Below are positions 1 to 13,849 of a stretch of DNA of 64,000 bases, one piece after another. The notes below the pieces were generated by a model, which saw only the letters and a program-made list of their open reading frames with translations, searched no databases and had not been told where the DNA came from. The DNA is from Octopus vulgaris. Its lineage: Eukaryota. Position 1 is the stretch's first letter; the number at the start of each line of letters is the position of its first letter. The stretch is from contig OX597814.1 in NCBI GenBank assembly GCA_951406725.2, positions 32,674,001-32,738,000 on the forward strand. Direction: 5' to 3'. Position numbers and translations under genes: made by a program.

Positions 1-36
1 GGTCACCGTATGGATATATATATATATATATATATA

Positions 37-165
37 ACGGGAAGCTTTATGAAAATAGACAAAAGACGAAGGCAGGTGGAAAACAAACGAACAATTGTAT
101 TAGTATGGCGCTCAGGAAATATAAATAAAACAAGTCTTTAACGTTTCGAGCCTACGCTCTTCAAC
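37..165 (-). mobile_element. Penelope-like terminal fragment with truncated minimal hammerhead, inside (TA)n
   Basis: Minus strand reads GTTGA-agagc-gtag-gctc-GAAA-cgt-TA-aagac (stem II GAGC/GCTC, palindromic AACGTT stem III). Flanked by (TA)n on both sides. Shares ggcgctcaggaaat...acgtttcgagc...gctcttc with 26290-26410. Confidence 0.6.
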
Positions 166-267
<102 letters not shown>

Positions 268-439
268 TGTGAGTGCGTGTGTATTAGCATTTATTAAGCT
301 GAAACTTCCAAAACCCTGGCCTGGCCAATTAAATGGTATGATTGTAAAGTATAGACCGTAAGGGTGGCTCTAACACCGAGCGACGTTGGCTGTTAGTGTG
401 GGTGTGTTATAAGATAGCACTGCAAATCGGTGTAGCAGA

Positions 440-657
440 CGTAAGCAGTTAGAAATCTAATAACGATTGTTAGGAATCAAAAATTTTGGCCACGTTATTA
501 GGACACAAAGACCCACTACTCCTGCATTTTCGGGGTAGAGTGGACGGATAACAGACACGTGGGTGAAAAATGCAAAACTGGATCGAAGACATGGAAGACT
601 TGACGAAGAAGTCCCTGGTTGAGTGTACGGCTGCAGCGTGAGATGGCGATATGATGT
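440..657 (+). pseudogene. Degenerate RTE-clade LINE 3' end
   Basis: Across stops and a frameshift it reads KNFGHVIR...GRVDG*QTRG*KMQNWIEDMEDLTKKSLVECTAAA*D, matching the RTE C-terminal pattern FGHV.R..G.R.RGR...W...T..SL.EC..A.D. Ends in a gatatgatg tail. Confidence 0.6.
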
Positions 658-1642
658 TTCACCTTCAACCAGTTTCATTTGTTCCTGCTTTATGCAGTCT
701 GTGTTTTAATGAGGCCGAGGCCAACTTAGCTTTATATCTATCGCGAGTTTGTAAAATAAAGACCCAGTACAGACAAAAACTAGAATTTTTGACTGTTTGA
801 GTTATAGCTAAACATTCGACTTATATTTTCATTTGGATTAATCTTTTAGTCTGAGTGTATATTCTAAATATTGTTGTTTCTCAGGCCTATTGCGAACATG
901 CATTGATTAACTTTTATCCCGGATTATGACCCCTCTACTAGTGAACTAAAGACAAGGCATAGCGGTTAGACTGAAATATACCAACAGTCGATGTATTTAT
1001 GCACCACACTCCTCTATCTCTGAGAAATTAGCTTTCTTTCATCTTATCTCTGAATAAGGTTATCCATATTCACCATCTTGTGCCATGTTGAGATTTAAAC
1101 CGAACTAGTAAAAAATTGGTAAAGTACTTCTGAAAATCTACAAATATCTACTGAGAATTGAATAACACGCTGCGCCTTTATAATCCGTGCTTGCTCCCTC
1201 AATGTTCGCTTCTTCACTTTTCAGTGCATGCTCCGCCCAGACATGAATGCTGCACACCTCATGCTCCTTACTGAGGTAGTGATCAAGTGTTATTTTCACC
1301 GCAAGTACATCGTGATATTTTTACTGTTCACGTCTTCAAACCGACCGACAAGTTCCGACACTACTTTGCTGTTCTTTATTGCTTCGTACATCTTTCCTAA
1401 ACGAGCAAGTATCTGCTCCATTTTTTCTTCTTTTTAATGAGATCTGCATTCATTAATTCCCACTAAACGAATTTGTAACTCCGACGTCTGAAATCTTTAC
1501 ATATTGAGAAAAATACATTCGGATTTGGATTTAATTAACCAGAAGCCTACTTTTACTGTCTATGTTAATTGTGTGTAACATGAATATGTGCCCTGTGTAG
1601 CCAGCTGCCAGATATTGCATACAACTTACACTATTTCTACAG

Positions 1643-1664
1643 GATAATCTAATGAAAACTCTGT
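1643..1664 (+). CDS. Candidate micro-exon A (22 nt, DNLMKTL + 1 nt)
   Basis: Acceptor ctatttctacag, donor tgt|gtaagt. Phase 0 to 1, compatible with exon B. Confidence 0.45.
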
Positions 1665-2044
1665 GTAAGTAGGATCTGGATGACCTGCTATGTATTATTT
1701 GCATTGATGTGCGCAGAAAACCTAGGGGATATGTGTCAGATTGGTGGAAATGCCTGAGAAGATTTGCAGAATTTTTACACACCCTATTATAGTGAGTATT
1801 TCCACATATTACTTATGTATGGATAAGATACTTTTACAGCAGCCCACTAAAGAGTTGTTGCTAGAGAAACCTCTAGACACCTGAAGATGCTCAACTCTCA
1901 AACCCATTCCAACACTCACTAAGCACAATTGTTTCGCTTTAGAACTACCAATCTACCTAGAAAGTCACACTTACTCAGAAATACTATAGCCACATCACTC
2001 GGTTCAAGATGGCCAAATGTCGTAGCCCTCGTCATCGTTCAGAA

Positions 2045-2460
2045 TGAAAGTGGCAGTGCGAAAGAAGAAGTTTCTTTCCCAACTACATGGTTCTGGTTTT
2101 AGTCCAACAGGCGAAGAGCTGGCAGAAACGTTAGCACGCCGGGCGAAATGCGTAGCCGTATTTCGTCTGCCGTTACGTTGTGTTCAAATTCCGCCGAGGT
2201 CGATTTTGCCTTTAAGCCTTTCGGGGTCGATTAAATTAAGTACCAGTTACGCACTGGGGTCGATGTAATCGACTTAATCCGTTTGTCTGTCCTTGTTTGT
2301 CCCCTCTGTGTTTAGCCCCTTGTGGGTAGTAAAGAAATAGGTTCTGGTTTTTGTCCAACTGCGTGACATCTCAGACAAGTATCTTCTACTATAGCTTCGA
2401 GCCGACCAAAGCCTTGAGAGTAGATTTGGTAGATGGAAACTGAAAGAAGTCCGTCATGTG
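2045..2460 (+). mobile_element. Old family-B SINE interrupted by a family-A SINE (2109-2340)
   Basis: Family-A body is flanked by TSD gttctggtttt(a/t)gtccaac at 2090-2108 and 2341-2359, and family-B sequence resumes after it. Confidence 0.85.
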
Positions 2461-2679
2461 TATACATACATTGTGCCCGACTTTACGTTCCGAGCTCAAT
2501 TTCAGCGAGGTCGCTTTGCCTTTCGTCCTTTTGGGATCTATGAAATGAGTGCAAGTCAAGCACTGGGGTCAATGTAATCGACTTTGCCCTTCCCCAAAAT
2601 TTACTGGCCTTGTGCCAAAATTTAAAACTAATATTGATACTGCTGTTGTTGCTATTAAACATTTTATTCATGTTACTAA

Positions 2680-3040
2680 TGCCAATTAACTTATTCGTTT
2701 CTCTCCATCGTGCTTTCCTTTTTAGTTTTGCTATTTTGAAAAGTTCCAAGTGTTCGAATCTTGGAATTATGTCGGTGACTTTTATTCCTTTAATTTCACC
2801 CATTTTAACCTTGTCAGCTTCTCTATTTTCTGCCATTTCCCCGACACCTCCTCGTTAGAACTCGAGTTCTGTTGTTTTTGTAGGCCCTGCACCATGGTTT
2901 CCTTCGTAGGTGGTTATTGATATAGCTACTGCTTTTACTCAGTCGTTGTAGCTCTGAATTTCGTGGTGGTAGTGTTTTGAAGCGTGGAAAGCTCTCGTAT
3001 CACCGAAAGTCTTGTTTTCTCTCCATAAGACAGGACTCTA
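2680..3040 (-). pseudogene. Possible decayed N-terminal part of an R4/Dong-like non-LTR ORF
   Basis: Minus ORF contains KIAKLKRKARWRETNKLI. ETNKLI resembles a motif upstream of RT in R4-type proteins. Weak evidence. Confidence 0.3.
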
Positions 3041-3331
3041 AAATCATCTCACTACCGCATGGATTTCTTGAATTATGTCTACATAATCAATGATAAAAAT
3101 AAAATAAAACGGACGTAAAAAAAACCCAGTTACATGTCCTGCATATTTCAGCACTGGAGTTTCCCCAGTAACTGACAAAACATTCGAATATTCGTAACTA
3201 TTCACGAACCTGCTGCATGTAAACCTATTGATATCAGTGGCTACAATAAAGTGCATACACCAATTTGAGTGTTTAACATTTTCTTGTCTGATAGTGAAAA
3301 TATTAGTAGATTTATCAGCAGAATATCAGTA

Positions 3332-3700
3332 GGCGCAGGAGTGGCTGTATGGTAAGAAGCTTGCTTAACAACCACATGATTCCGGGTTCAGTCCCACTGC
3401 GTGGCACCTTGGGCAAGTGTCTTCTGCTATAGCTTCGGGCCAACCAAAGCTTTGTGGGTGGATTTGGTAGACGGAAACTGAAAAAAGCCCGTCGTGTATA
3501 TATATGTGTGTCTGTGTTTATCCCCCCCACCACCAGCATCGCTTGTCAACCGATGCTGGTGTGTTTACGTCCCCTTTGTTCGACAAAAGAGATCCGATAG
3601 AAAAAGTACTGGGCTTACAAAGAATAAGTGCTGGGGTCGATTTGCTCGACTAAAGGCGGTGCTCCCGTATGGCCGCAGTCAAATGACTGAAACAAGTAAA
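3332..3700 (+). mobile_element. Family-B SINE (tRNA head, CORE-like ccttgggcaagt), full length
   Basis: Head ggcgcaggagtggctgtatggtaag, B-box-like ggttcagtccc, tail gactgaaacaagtaaa. Matches copies at 13483, 50516 and 55502. Confidence 0.9.
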
Positions 3701-4150
3701 CGTGGTTTATACCGGGTATTAGAAAAGTGTACAGTTACTGATAGAAATAGTGACGAAGTTGAAATATAGGTATATTACTGTTACTTCTGTCTGTATAAAC
3801 GCTGCCTTTATACAGAAAAATGTTTACAATCATCGCAACATACATAGCATTGATTAGAAATTGTCTAGGTATCTGCTGTAGTACATTATAGCAATAGAGA
3901 TAGGCGCGTGGGGGCACACACACAAGCATGTATATATATGTATTAGTAGATATTCACTTAAGTCTATATACATCTATTGTGTGTATTCATATTTTTTTTT
4001 GTTTAAATATTTGTCATTTTCTTTATTTGTTTATTTCACAAAATTTCATACCACTGGAAGGTAATTATATATACATTTGAGTGTGGGTGTGTGTAAGTGG
4101 GTGTGCTCGTGTGTGCATTCATAAATCATAAATGCATATATACATGTACT

Positions 4151-4186
<36 letters not shown>

Positions 4187-4206
4187 CATTTTCTATCTTG
4201 ACTTGC

Positions 4207-4312
<106 letters not shown>

Positions 4313-4545
4313 TATACATATTCATACATACGTACATTCCTACACCTATAACGTAAAACTATCTCCAATGCACCACGTGTTTGTTATCTCTTATTTACGA
4401 AGTCTAATCTCGTCTCCATTTTTTTTCCCTCATATTTCATTCGCTACATTAGTTATCTCTCCTCTCACAGTCTCTCAGATGTTCCTTCGTTCCTTCTTCG
4501 CTCCATTTCTACTATAAAAATACATCATCTTTTTTATCATTTACT

Positions 4546-4579
4546 GTTGTTGTTGTTGTTTTTATTATTATTATTATCC

Positions 4580-4617
<38 letters not shown>

Positions 4618-4625
4618 TTATTATA

Positions 4626-4660
<35 letters not shown>

Positions 4661-4695
4661 GATTATCATCATTATCATCATTATTATTATTAATA

Positions 4696-4759
<64 letters not shown>

Positions 4760-4770
4760 TATTATTATTT
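4546..4770. repeat. (TTG)n/(TTA)n microsatellite
   Basis: Direct inspection. Confidence 0.95.
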
Positions 4771-5853
4771 TCTAATTATTTCTCTATCTGCTTCCATTTA
4801 TCACTACCGATAATTTGGTTAGTATTATATTATATTTTTTTAATGTTTTCTTTTGTGTGTGTTTGTATGTGTGGTGTCTGTGTGAAATGGGAGGTTTTTT
4901 TCCCCGTTTCTTTTATTTTTTTCTTATTTTTGCTTCAGTTCCTTACGTTTATATTTATTTATTTATTTATTTATTTATTTTGTTATATCTTGGTAAGAGA
5001 CGATGATAGCGTTGGGGAGATGTTGAAGTGAGACATTCTTCGTTTGCATTAAAAGAAATGTCATATTCTTCTTTTGCGTGAGGCATTGTGGTCCTCTCGT
5101 CCTTTTTTCTTTTCCTCTTCTTCCTTCGCATCCTCATCATCACCATCACCATCACCATCATCATCATCAATATCATTTTCATCCTCATCAGCATCAACAT
5201 TATTCGTATATTCGTGTCGATCCTCCACTTTTTTTTTTTTTGATTTATCGTTTTATTTTGCTTTTACTTGTTTCAGTTCAGCTTTGTTTCTTCCGTCATC
5301 TTTCCTTCCTTTCTTTCTTTTTTTCCCTTTTTTTCTTTATTCTTCTTCTTCTTCCTCTTCTCATTGTTATTTTTTATCATTTTGCGAGTTCAAGAGAATC
5401 GTGTCAATTTCTCAACGTAACACCAAATGCTCATCTCTGTTTGTATATTTTGAAGATGGTTTCGTTTTTCTTTTCTTCTCCTTTTTATTGGATGTCTTCA
5501 GCTTTATACTCTGTTGTTCAAATTTTCATACAATCCTTTTTCCAACTGGGTTAGGTTCCCAGAAACAGGGTCATGAATTCATTAATTATAAAACGAGACG
5601 AAATTATAATGTAATTGAGATGGTTTCCAAAAATTGCTAAAATGTGTCCAAGAATGTAATTATCTTTTTCTTCTCTTTTCTTTTCTACTTTTTTACTTCT
5701 TTCAATCATTGGACTGCATCCATGCTGGGTTTAGCTGAACGAATCGACCCCAGCATTTATTTCTCAGGTCTAGTATTTATTCTATCAGTCTCTAACACCG
5801 GATGTTAAGCGATAAGGGGAGAAAACCCAATTGCAAAAGACACTGAAGTATAC

Positions 5854-6392
<539 letters not shown>

Positions 6393-6410
6393 CAAACAGA
6401 AAAATATACG

Positions 6411-6560
6411 ATGGGCTTCCATATATTTACATCTACCAAATTTACTCACAAGTTATTGGTCGGCTCTGGGCAATAGCAGAATACACTTGCAGAAGATGCT
6501 GTGCAGTGGAACTGAACCTGGAAGCATGTGGTTACAAAGCGAGCTTCTCATCAACAGATA
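6411..6560 (-). mobile_element. Diverged family-B SINE 5' half
   Basis: Reverse complement matches the family-B head and core. Confidence 0.75.
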
Positions 6561-7068
6561 TATGCTTTCTATGGGAAGAATCGCTAAAGTAAATCCTAGT
6601 ATAACGTGATCTATCTGCATTGGGGAGTAATTGCATACGAATGTATGATGTGTGATATGGCCCTTTCTATTTTCGTATGGTAGAGAGTGATGAGAGAGAT
6701 TTAGCTGCTATTTCTAACAGGTTCAGCGATGATATGGGGAATCGCTCTTTTTCTCTTATATAAGGTTGATTAAAGTGTGTATATATCGTCCATAGCAATG
6801 AACAGGTGATTGTGTACCACCACGAGAAATCATTACACAGCGTCTGTACATTTTGCTACTCCGTCCAAGGTAAATTTTCACTGATAGCGTCGAACTGCTT
6901 GTATCTTATGGCACATTCCTTCCTAAGACAGTGGAGTATGATTTGATGTAAATTAAACTGGTATGTCGAACGATTGTGCATCAGTAAGTAGACGATGTGC
7001 ATATGTCCTGTATTTCTTTGTTCTTTAGTTAGCCTAAAGTGATGTGGTAGTATCTATTTTCCTTTCAG

Positions 7069-7082
7069 TCTCTTCTAAGGTG
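7069..7082 (+). CDS. Candidate micro-exon B (14 nt, completes F then SSKV)
   Basis: Acceptor tctattttcctttcag, donor gtg|gtgagt. Phase 1 to 0. Confidence 0.5.
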
Positions 7083-7415
7083 GTGAGTAGAAATAGGTCA
7101 TTAAGGTTGATATGGTCCAATGATAATGTTTTAATCGCTCTTCTATTAGTGATTCGGGTGACATACAGAAATGTTTAGCTTTAGGAAAACAAGATTTTTA
7201 AAAGACCTTTAGAAATTACATCGTTATTTATACAAAGTAAGTAGAGAGGGAAAAGGAGACGAGGGAGAATGACATAAAGTGGAGGAGGAGGAGAAAGTAA
7301 TGGTTGAGCGGGTGAAACAGCTGCAGCAGGAGGAGTAAGAGTGTTTTGAACGAGTTTTCTTAGACTAGGTTTTGGGTAAATTAATACATCAAAACAAAAG
7401 TATGGTTCGATTAAG

Positions 7416-7589
7416 GGCGAGCTGGCAGAAACGTTAGCACGCCGGGCGAAATGCTTAGCGGTATTTCGTCTGCCGTTACGTTCTGAGTTCAAATTCCGCC
7501 GAGGTCGACTTTGCCTTTCATCCTTTCGGGGTCGATATATTAAGTACCAGTTATGCACTGGGGTCGATGTAATCGACTTAATACCTATG
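7416..7589 (+). mobile_element. Family-A SINE, 3'-truncated
   Basis: ggcgagctggcagaaacgttagc head, gagttcaaatt B-box and gcctttcatcctttcggggtcga core. tcgattaag duplicated at 7407-7415 and 7590-7598. Confidence 0.9.
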
Positions 7590-7909
7590 TCGATTAAGCC
7601 TCAACGAGCCATTTAACTGCTTTCGTTTTTAACTTGTTTCACTCCGGTCGGGCCTGAGCAAGAATATCTAGCATATCTTAGACTTTCAAACTAGTCATGA
7701 TCATCCGTTTGATTTTTTTCTTAGACGTAATATTTTTTTTGTCCCCACCTTACTTTTTCTTTTCATTCAGCTAAGAGACACATGGGTGTGATTTATAAAA
7801 GACTTGGCTAGCTAATTTATCATGTAAATCGAATTCGTCTCTTTTTTTTTTTTTTAATAACACAAAAATCAATCTGTTACCTATAACATAATTTGAGGGG
7901 AGGTGACTA

Positions 7910-8270
7910 GTACTTAATCTATCGATCCCGAAAGAATGAAAGGCAAAGTCGACCTCGGCGGAATTTGAACTCAGAACGTAGCGACGGACGAAATACCGCT
8001 AAGCATTTCGTCCAGCGTGCTAAAGATTCTGCCAGCTCGACGCCTTGACATAATTAATAATCCTTTCTACTGGAAGCACAACGCCTCAAATTTGGGGAAA
8101 GGGATTAAGTCGATTATATCGACCCCAGTGCGTAACTGGTACTTATTTAATCGACCCCAAAAGGATGAAAGGCAAAGTCGACCTCGGTAGAATTTGAACT
8201 CAGAACGTAACGGCAGACGAAATACGGCTACGCATTTCGCCCGGCGTGCTAACGTTTCTGCCAGCTCGCC
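7910..8270 (-). mobile_element. Two tandem family-A SINEs
   Basis: Two reverse-complement copies, each followed by a similar flank (cttgacataattaataat / cttgatatgattaataat). Confidence 0.9.
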
Positions 8271-8461
8271 ATCTTGATATGATTAATAATGATTGATCCT
8301 AAGTTTTGATCAAACATTTCTGTTGCAAACTATATTAATGAATTATGTGCATGACAAAGGAAAATAAGTTCATGTTATCTCTAAGAAGTGACCAGGCTAG
8401 TAATTGTGTATCGGTGAGTGATTGTTCGCTTATGATATGGATTGTAATTTCTCCTTTACAG

Positions 8462-8494
8462 TTTTATAATAAGCATGTAAATATGTTAGAAAGG
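8462..8494 (+). CDS. Candidate micro-exon C (33 nt, FYNKHVNMLER)
   Basis: Acceptor atttctcctttacag, donor agg|gtgagt. Only frame 0 is open. Symmetric exon. Confidence 0.55.
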
Positions 8495-11384
8495 GTGAGT
8501 ATTATTCTATTTCCTTAGATTAGAATCTCTAATAACCATAGCAAAGCATATGATAAACACTTTATTAATCTCCCAGTGGCGTTTTTTTTTTTTATCTGTC
8601 CCAGGTAAGATGAAAGGCTAAAACCGACCTAGGCTAGACTTGAACTCAGAACTAGTTAGAACCGGTGGCATTTTTTTTTTCTGGCGCTCCAACGGTTATG
8701 CTAATACACCATCATAACGCGGTTAGAAGACGAGAAAGCTTTGCCGCGTGAAAAAGAAACACGATACATTGAAAATTTATGAAAACCTTTCTCCCAGTTT
8801 ACCAATGAAGCAAATACAAAATAGATTTCTTCTTGTTAAAGTGTATTTGCTCAGATTATTGGATTTCGTTGTATTTCAAGGAATTACGGAATCTGTTTTG
8901 TTTCGCCAAAAGAATAAATATGACAATTTCGTTTTGCTATCGTAAACTTAACATAGCAATTTCTCTCACAATTTCTGATTTATTTGGATTACTAAATTTA
9001 GTGGAAGCTCTCTTTAATGTGACTCACTAGGTTATATTCTTATCTGTAATCAATTTTGAGATTTTATATCTAAGATTTTCCTCCCTTTATCTTAAACCTA
9101 TGTGTTTTCTTTTTCGGTTTTTCTTTATTACTTTTTTTTTCTCTAAGATACTTCTCATTAATATAATTCTGCAACAGCAGGGCTTGAAGTGTTGATCAAT
9201 GATTATAAATTATAGCGTGGGAAGCAGATTGGTCTCATACTTTATAACAAATTCTATTTACCGTTGCAAATTATTTAGAAATTATCAGCTTCCTTCTCTG
9301 TAATGATTGTTATTTCAAGCGTAAGATGAAATAAAACTAGGTTTTTCGCCTCAATTCACATTGTTCTTTTGTGCACTTGTATTGTCTGTCTCTCAAACTA
9401 AATATAAATCACAGATTAATAAAGGTGTAGATTTAATTGCCTTACTCTATTGTTTCTTAATAATTCAAAGGCTGGGATAGAGAAAGAAACGGTGAAGTGC
9501 TCGGCTAAATGGCTTAACGATATTTAATTATTTATTTATAGTCCTCAACATTCTAAGTTCAGATCCACTCGGAATCTGAACACTTTCCATACAGCCCTTC
9601 TGAAATGATTATTTCGGATCAGTTATTTTCTGATCGAAACAATGGAATGAACAACGACATTCCAGCGTTGACAAGAGAGAGTAACTTTGTCTACGTTATC
9701 AAATATATCCTTCCTATTTTAAGACGTGATTTTTTGAGGATCTAACTTATATTTCTAAAACGTCAAGCGATTACCAAAGTCGTATCTCATTAGCGAATAT
9801 GTTACCAGGTCAATATATAGTAGTTTATAGGAATCAATTAAGTTGAATATACCTCTATACTAAGCATCAATGGATTTCTGCCATTATAAGAATTTAGTAT
9901 TATATCTGAGAAAAAAAAAGGCGGTAATGTGACAAAAAAGCTAAAATATCAGAGATTTTTCTTTCTCGGCGATTATGTGAAATTCGAATGGGATTTAGTT
10001 GACTTGTCAATCCTCTGAGGTTAAAAAGTTACGTACCAAATATTCCCACCGGTCCACTTTATTTTATAGATAAATGTGGAAGCTGACGCAATTTGATCAG
10101 AGAAAACAATATATTTTGACGATTTTGAGGGGGGAAAAATTCAAATCCATACGAAACTTTTTTATATTTGAAAACATTGTAAAAATTGTAAGTTCTAAAT
10201 CAATAAGAGCTAGAGACAATGTTTATTGTTTAACATCATCAAAAAGAATAGACGTTTTTATTTTTTTACAGACAAATTTTGGCGAAAATATCGGTTAATA
10301 TGTAATGGATTTTCTTAGACCCATTGTTTCACAGATATTCATAGGTTTACACCAGCGCAGCATTATCTGAAATATATATTTGATCAAGGCAGAGAATTGA
10401 AAGAATCGTGGGAGCGTTGTCATTCGTTCCGTATCCCTGCGCTGACAGTTCAAATCCAGCTGAGACTAACTTTAACTTCTATGCGAATGGATGGAATGTC
10501 TGATAAATAAAGTACCAATCTAATATCAGAGTTCAGTTTCCTCTCTTTTCCTCACTAGATAATACCTGTAATTCAAAGGTGCAACCTTGACACTCTCTAT
10601 CATACTGATTCGGCATGCACGTGCCTATGGAATACTCGGCAGATATTTTTGTGGGTAGGATTTCATTTAGTCGAACAAGTGAGTACTAACTGTCGAAACC
10701 GACGCAGAAATCAGCACCGTATATAAAGTAGTATAAATACATAAGGAAATATTGAAATATATAAATTTGAAGAATTAGAAAATAATTATCAAAATGCAAA
10801 TCTGGTTTCAATTTACAGCTTTTATAAGTATAAACAATCTTCAAAAATTTTTCACTGCTGAATTTGGTAACATAAATCTCACATAACTAAACGCGGGAGT
10901 GTAATCAAACCGTAATTTTATTTAGAAAAGTAAAAACATGGCTCACATTTATACGGTTTCCTTTTTGTTGGCATGTTTAATATACTTCCACAGGGCCAAC
11001 GGGCCCTTACAATATTATTGTTTTTGTCGTATTGTTTAATATATTACTCTTTAAAAAATATAGTTTGAGATATTTTTTTTTTCTCTTCCAATCTAATTTT
11101 CCGTTTTCTATTTTCTCCAAAGTGAAATTTTTTAGCTCCTTTTCTGCATCCTTTTGTTTTCACAAAAGCAGAAAAACCTCTGAACACTCCTGAAGGCAAA
11201 CATTACTCACTTATAGTAAAAAGTTCGCAACTGAATCTTTAGGCGATTGCATTGGATTCAAAGTTAATATGGACAACCTAAGGCCAATCTATATGACTCA
11301 AATGTAGATCTTCTCCAGGCAAATATTATTTCCTAACTGAAAATCGAGAAAGACAATGGATAGCTTACCATTTCTATTTTACAG

Positions 11385-11444
11385 ATGACAAAAGACCACC
11401 TAAGGCCAGTGTTTTCTACTCCCAGCCTGTACAAGCAACTCAAG
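11385..11444 (+). CDS. Candidate exon D (60 nt, MTKDHLRPVFSTPSLYKQLK) with GC donor
   Basis: Acceptor ccatttctattttacag, donor aag|gcaagt (consensus GC-AG donor). Balanced base composition in AT-rich context. Symmetric exon. Confidence 0.6.
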
Positions 11445-11834
11445 GCAAGTTTTCTAATTGAAAATTCAGTGTAGCACATTTTCCCCCAGCGACAGAGAGG
11501 AATGAAATAAATTAGGGAATATAATGAATGAAAGAGGGGGAGGAGAGAAAATATGCTATAGAAATAGAATGACTCAAAGAAATAAGGGGAAATACATAAA
11601 AAGAAAACAGAAAGATAATAAAAAGAGGAGAAAAGCAGACGAATCTAGACGGAGGGGTGAGGGGAAATAAATGAATAAACAAGTAAAGGAAAAACAATAT
11701 GAAATACAACATCACATATAGGCTGGAGGAGAAGGTTAGAAAAATGGGTCTTGTGTATTACCTCGTGATGTTTTATGATTCGCTTGTTTACTTCACGGTA
11801 TCGTCTTCAACGTAGTAATATGTATGTATATATG

Positions 11835-12232
<398 letters not shown>

Positions 12233-12454
12233 CACACGAAAACGCATGTGAGTGTGTGTATGATTGCGTGTGGCCATTGTCTTCAAATTTATTTCCATTT
12301 CTTTTTATTTTCTTCTATTAATTTTCCTTTAACGTCGAGATTTTTCGAAAAAAAGCTAAAGGGCGATCACAGTTCATAGGCACAAACAGACGTCACAAGC
12401 ACTAGTTATTTTCTATAATGAAGTTAGCTTCTTGCTCTCTTCATATATATATAT

Positions 12455-12506
<52 letters not shown>

Positions 12507-12792
12507 GCGCGTATATGTATATATATTTATATCTACATACAAACGCATATATCGCTATATAGCTATGCATATGTACATGTATGTATATATATAACTTCAA
12601 ATGCTATAGATAGGAATTACTTTAGACAGAATCTCAAATGATAAAGGAGGAAGAGAAAATTATAATACAATGGCATACACTGAACATAAAGGACTTGAAA
12701 GTTGCCAGTTAGCTGTGCAGTCATACTCCGTACGTGTCACTCCAGTCTCTCGTTTTCAACGTAAGTGTGTGCGTGTATGTGCGTATATCTGT

Positions 12793-12861
<69 letters not shown>

Positions 12862-13210
12862 ATGCATATATATAAACATATATGAAAGAGTAAGTAATGC
12901 TTGTATGAATGAGCGAGTGTCGTAACAGCAATTGGAGAAAATCCCAAATCTATGTTCTTATCATTTATCTGTTTATATACGTAAATATCTGTGAGTACAA
13001 ACAGTGTTTATATAATATTGCTTGTAATGAAGTGTCAAAAATTCTATAACAAGAACTCCATTGACGCAGTTTCAATATTTTATTGTATTATGAATTATAT
13101 GAAAATAAATGTCACCGAAAAATTTAATTATTTTTCTTTCTCTACTATACACAGTATAAGTGAATATAAATGCGTATATATATATATACATTTATACATA
13201 TTCCACCACA

Positions 13211-13259
<49 letters not shown>

Positions 13260-13347
13260 GTATGTATGTATATATATATATATATATATATTCATATATA
13301 TATATACGCATTTATACATATTCACACACACGCACATGTATATATAT

Positions 13348-13378
<31 letters not shown>

Positions 13379-13422
13379 AATATATATATATGCATATATA
13401 TATATATATGTGTGTGTATGTG

Positions 13423-13482
<60 letters not shown>

Positions 13483-13483
<1 letters not shown>

Positions 13484-13849
13484 GCGTGGTTGTGTGGTAA
13501 GAAGCTTACTTCCCAACCACATGGTTCCGGGTTCGGTCCCACTGTGTGTCACTTTGGGCAAAAGCTTTGTGAGTGGATTTGACAGGCGGGCACTGAAAAG
13601 AATCCCGTCGCATGGGTGTGTGTGTGTGTGTGTATCCTTGAGTTCGTTGCAGCCCCCCTCCCATTGCTTGACAACCGATGTTGGTGTATTTACCTTCCCG
13701 TATCTAGCGGTTTGGCGAAAGTGACTGATAGAATATGTCCCAGGTTTACAAAGAATAAATCCTGGGGTTGATTTCTTCGACTAAAAACAGTCGGCGCTCC
13801 AGCATGGCCACAGTCAAATGACTGAAACAAGTTTAAAAGAATAAAAGAA
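13483..13849 (+). mobile_element. Family-B SINE with internal deletion
   Basis: Head, internal (TG)n and aaagaataaaagaat tail. Confidence 0.85.

Noticed and set aside
885-965. Strong acceptor ttgttgtttctcag as a further exon of the micro-exon chain
   Set aside because: All three frames stop before any good donor.
1150-1430. Minus-strand coding-like stretch (..ELVGRFEDVNSKNITMYLR-stop), possible gag relic
   Set aside because: Too short and interrupted. No LTRs or pol motifs nearby.
5061-5252. Minus-strand acidic frame ending DDDDGDGDGDDEDAKEEEEKKKGREDHNASRKRRI-stop
   Set aside because: Derived from decayed (GAT)n. In-frame stop just upstream, with no start codon or acceptor.
7181-7558. Recurrent peptides such as [26 protein letters not shown] and RHLPKVPRSGTEPG in many ORFs
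   Set aside because: They are translations of SINE families A and B, not a protein family.
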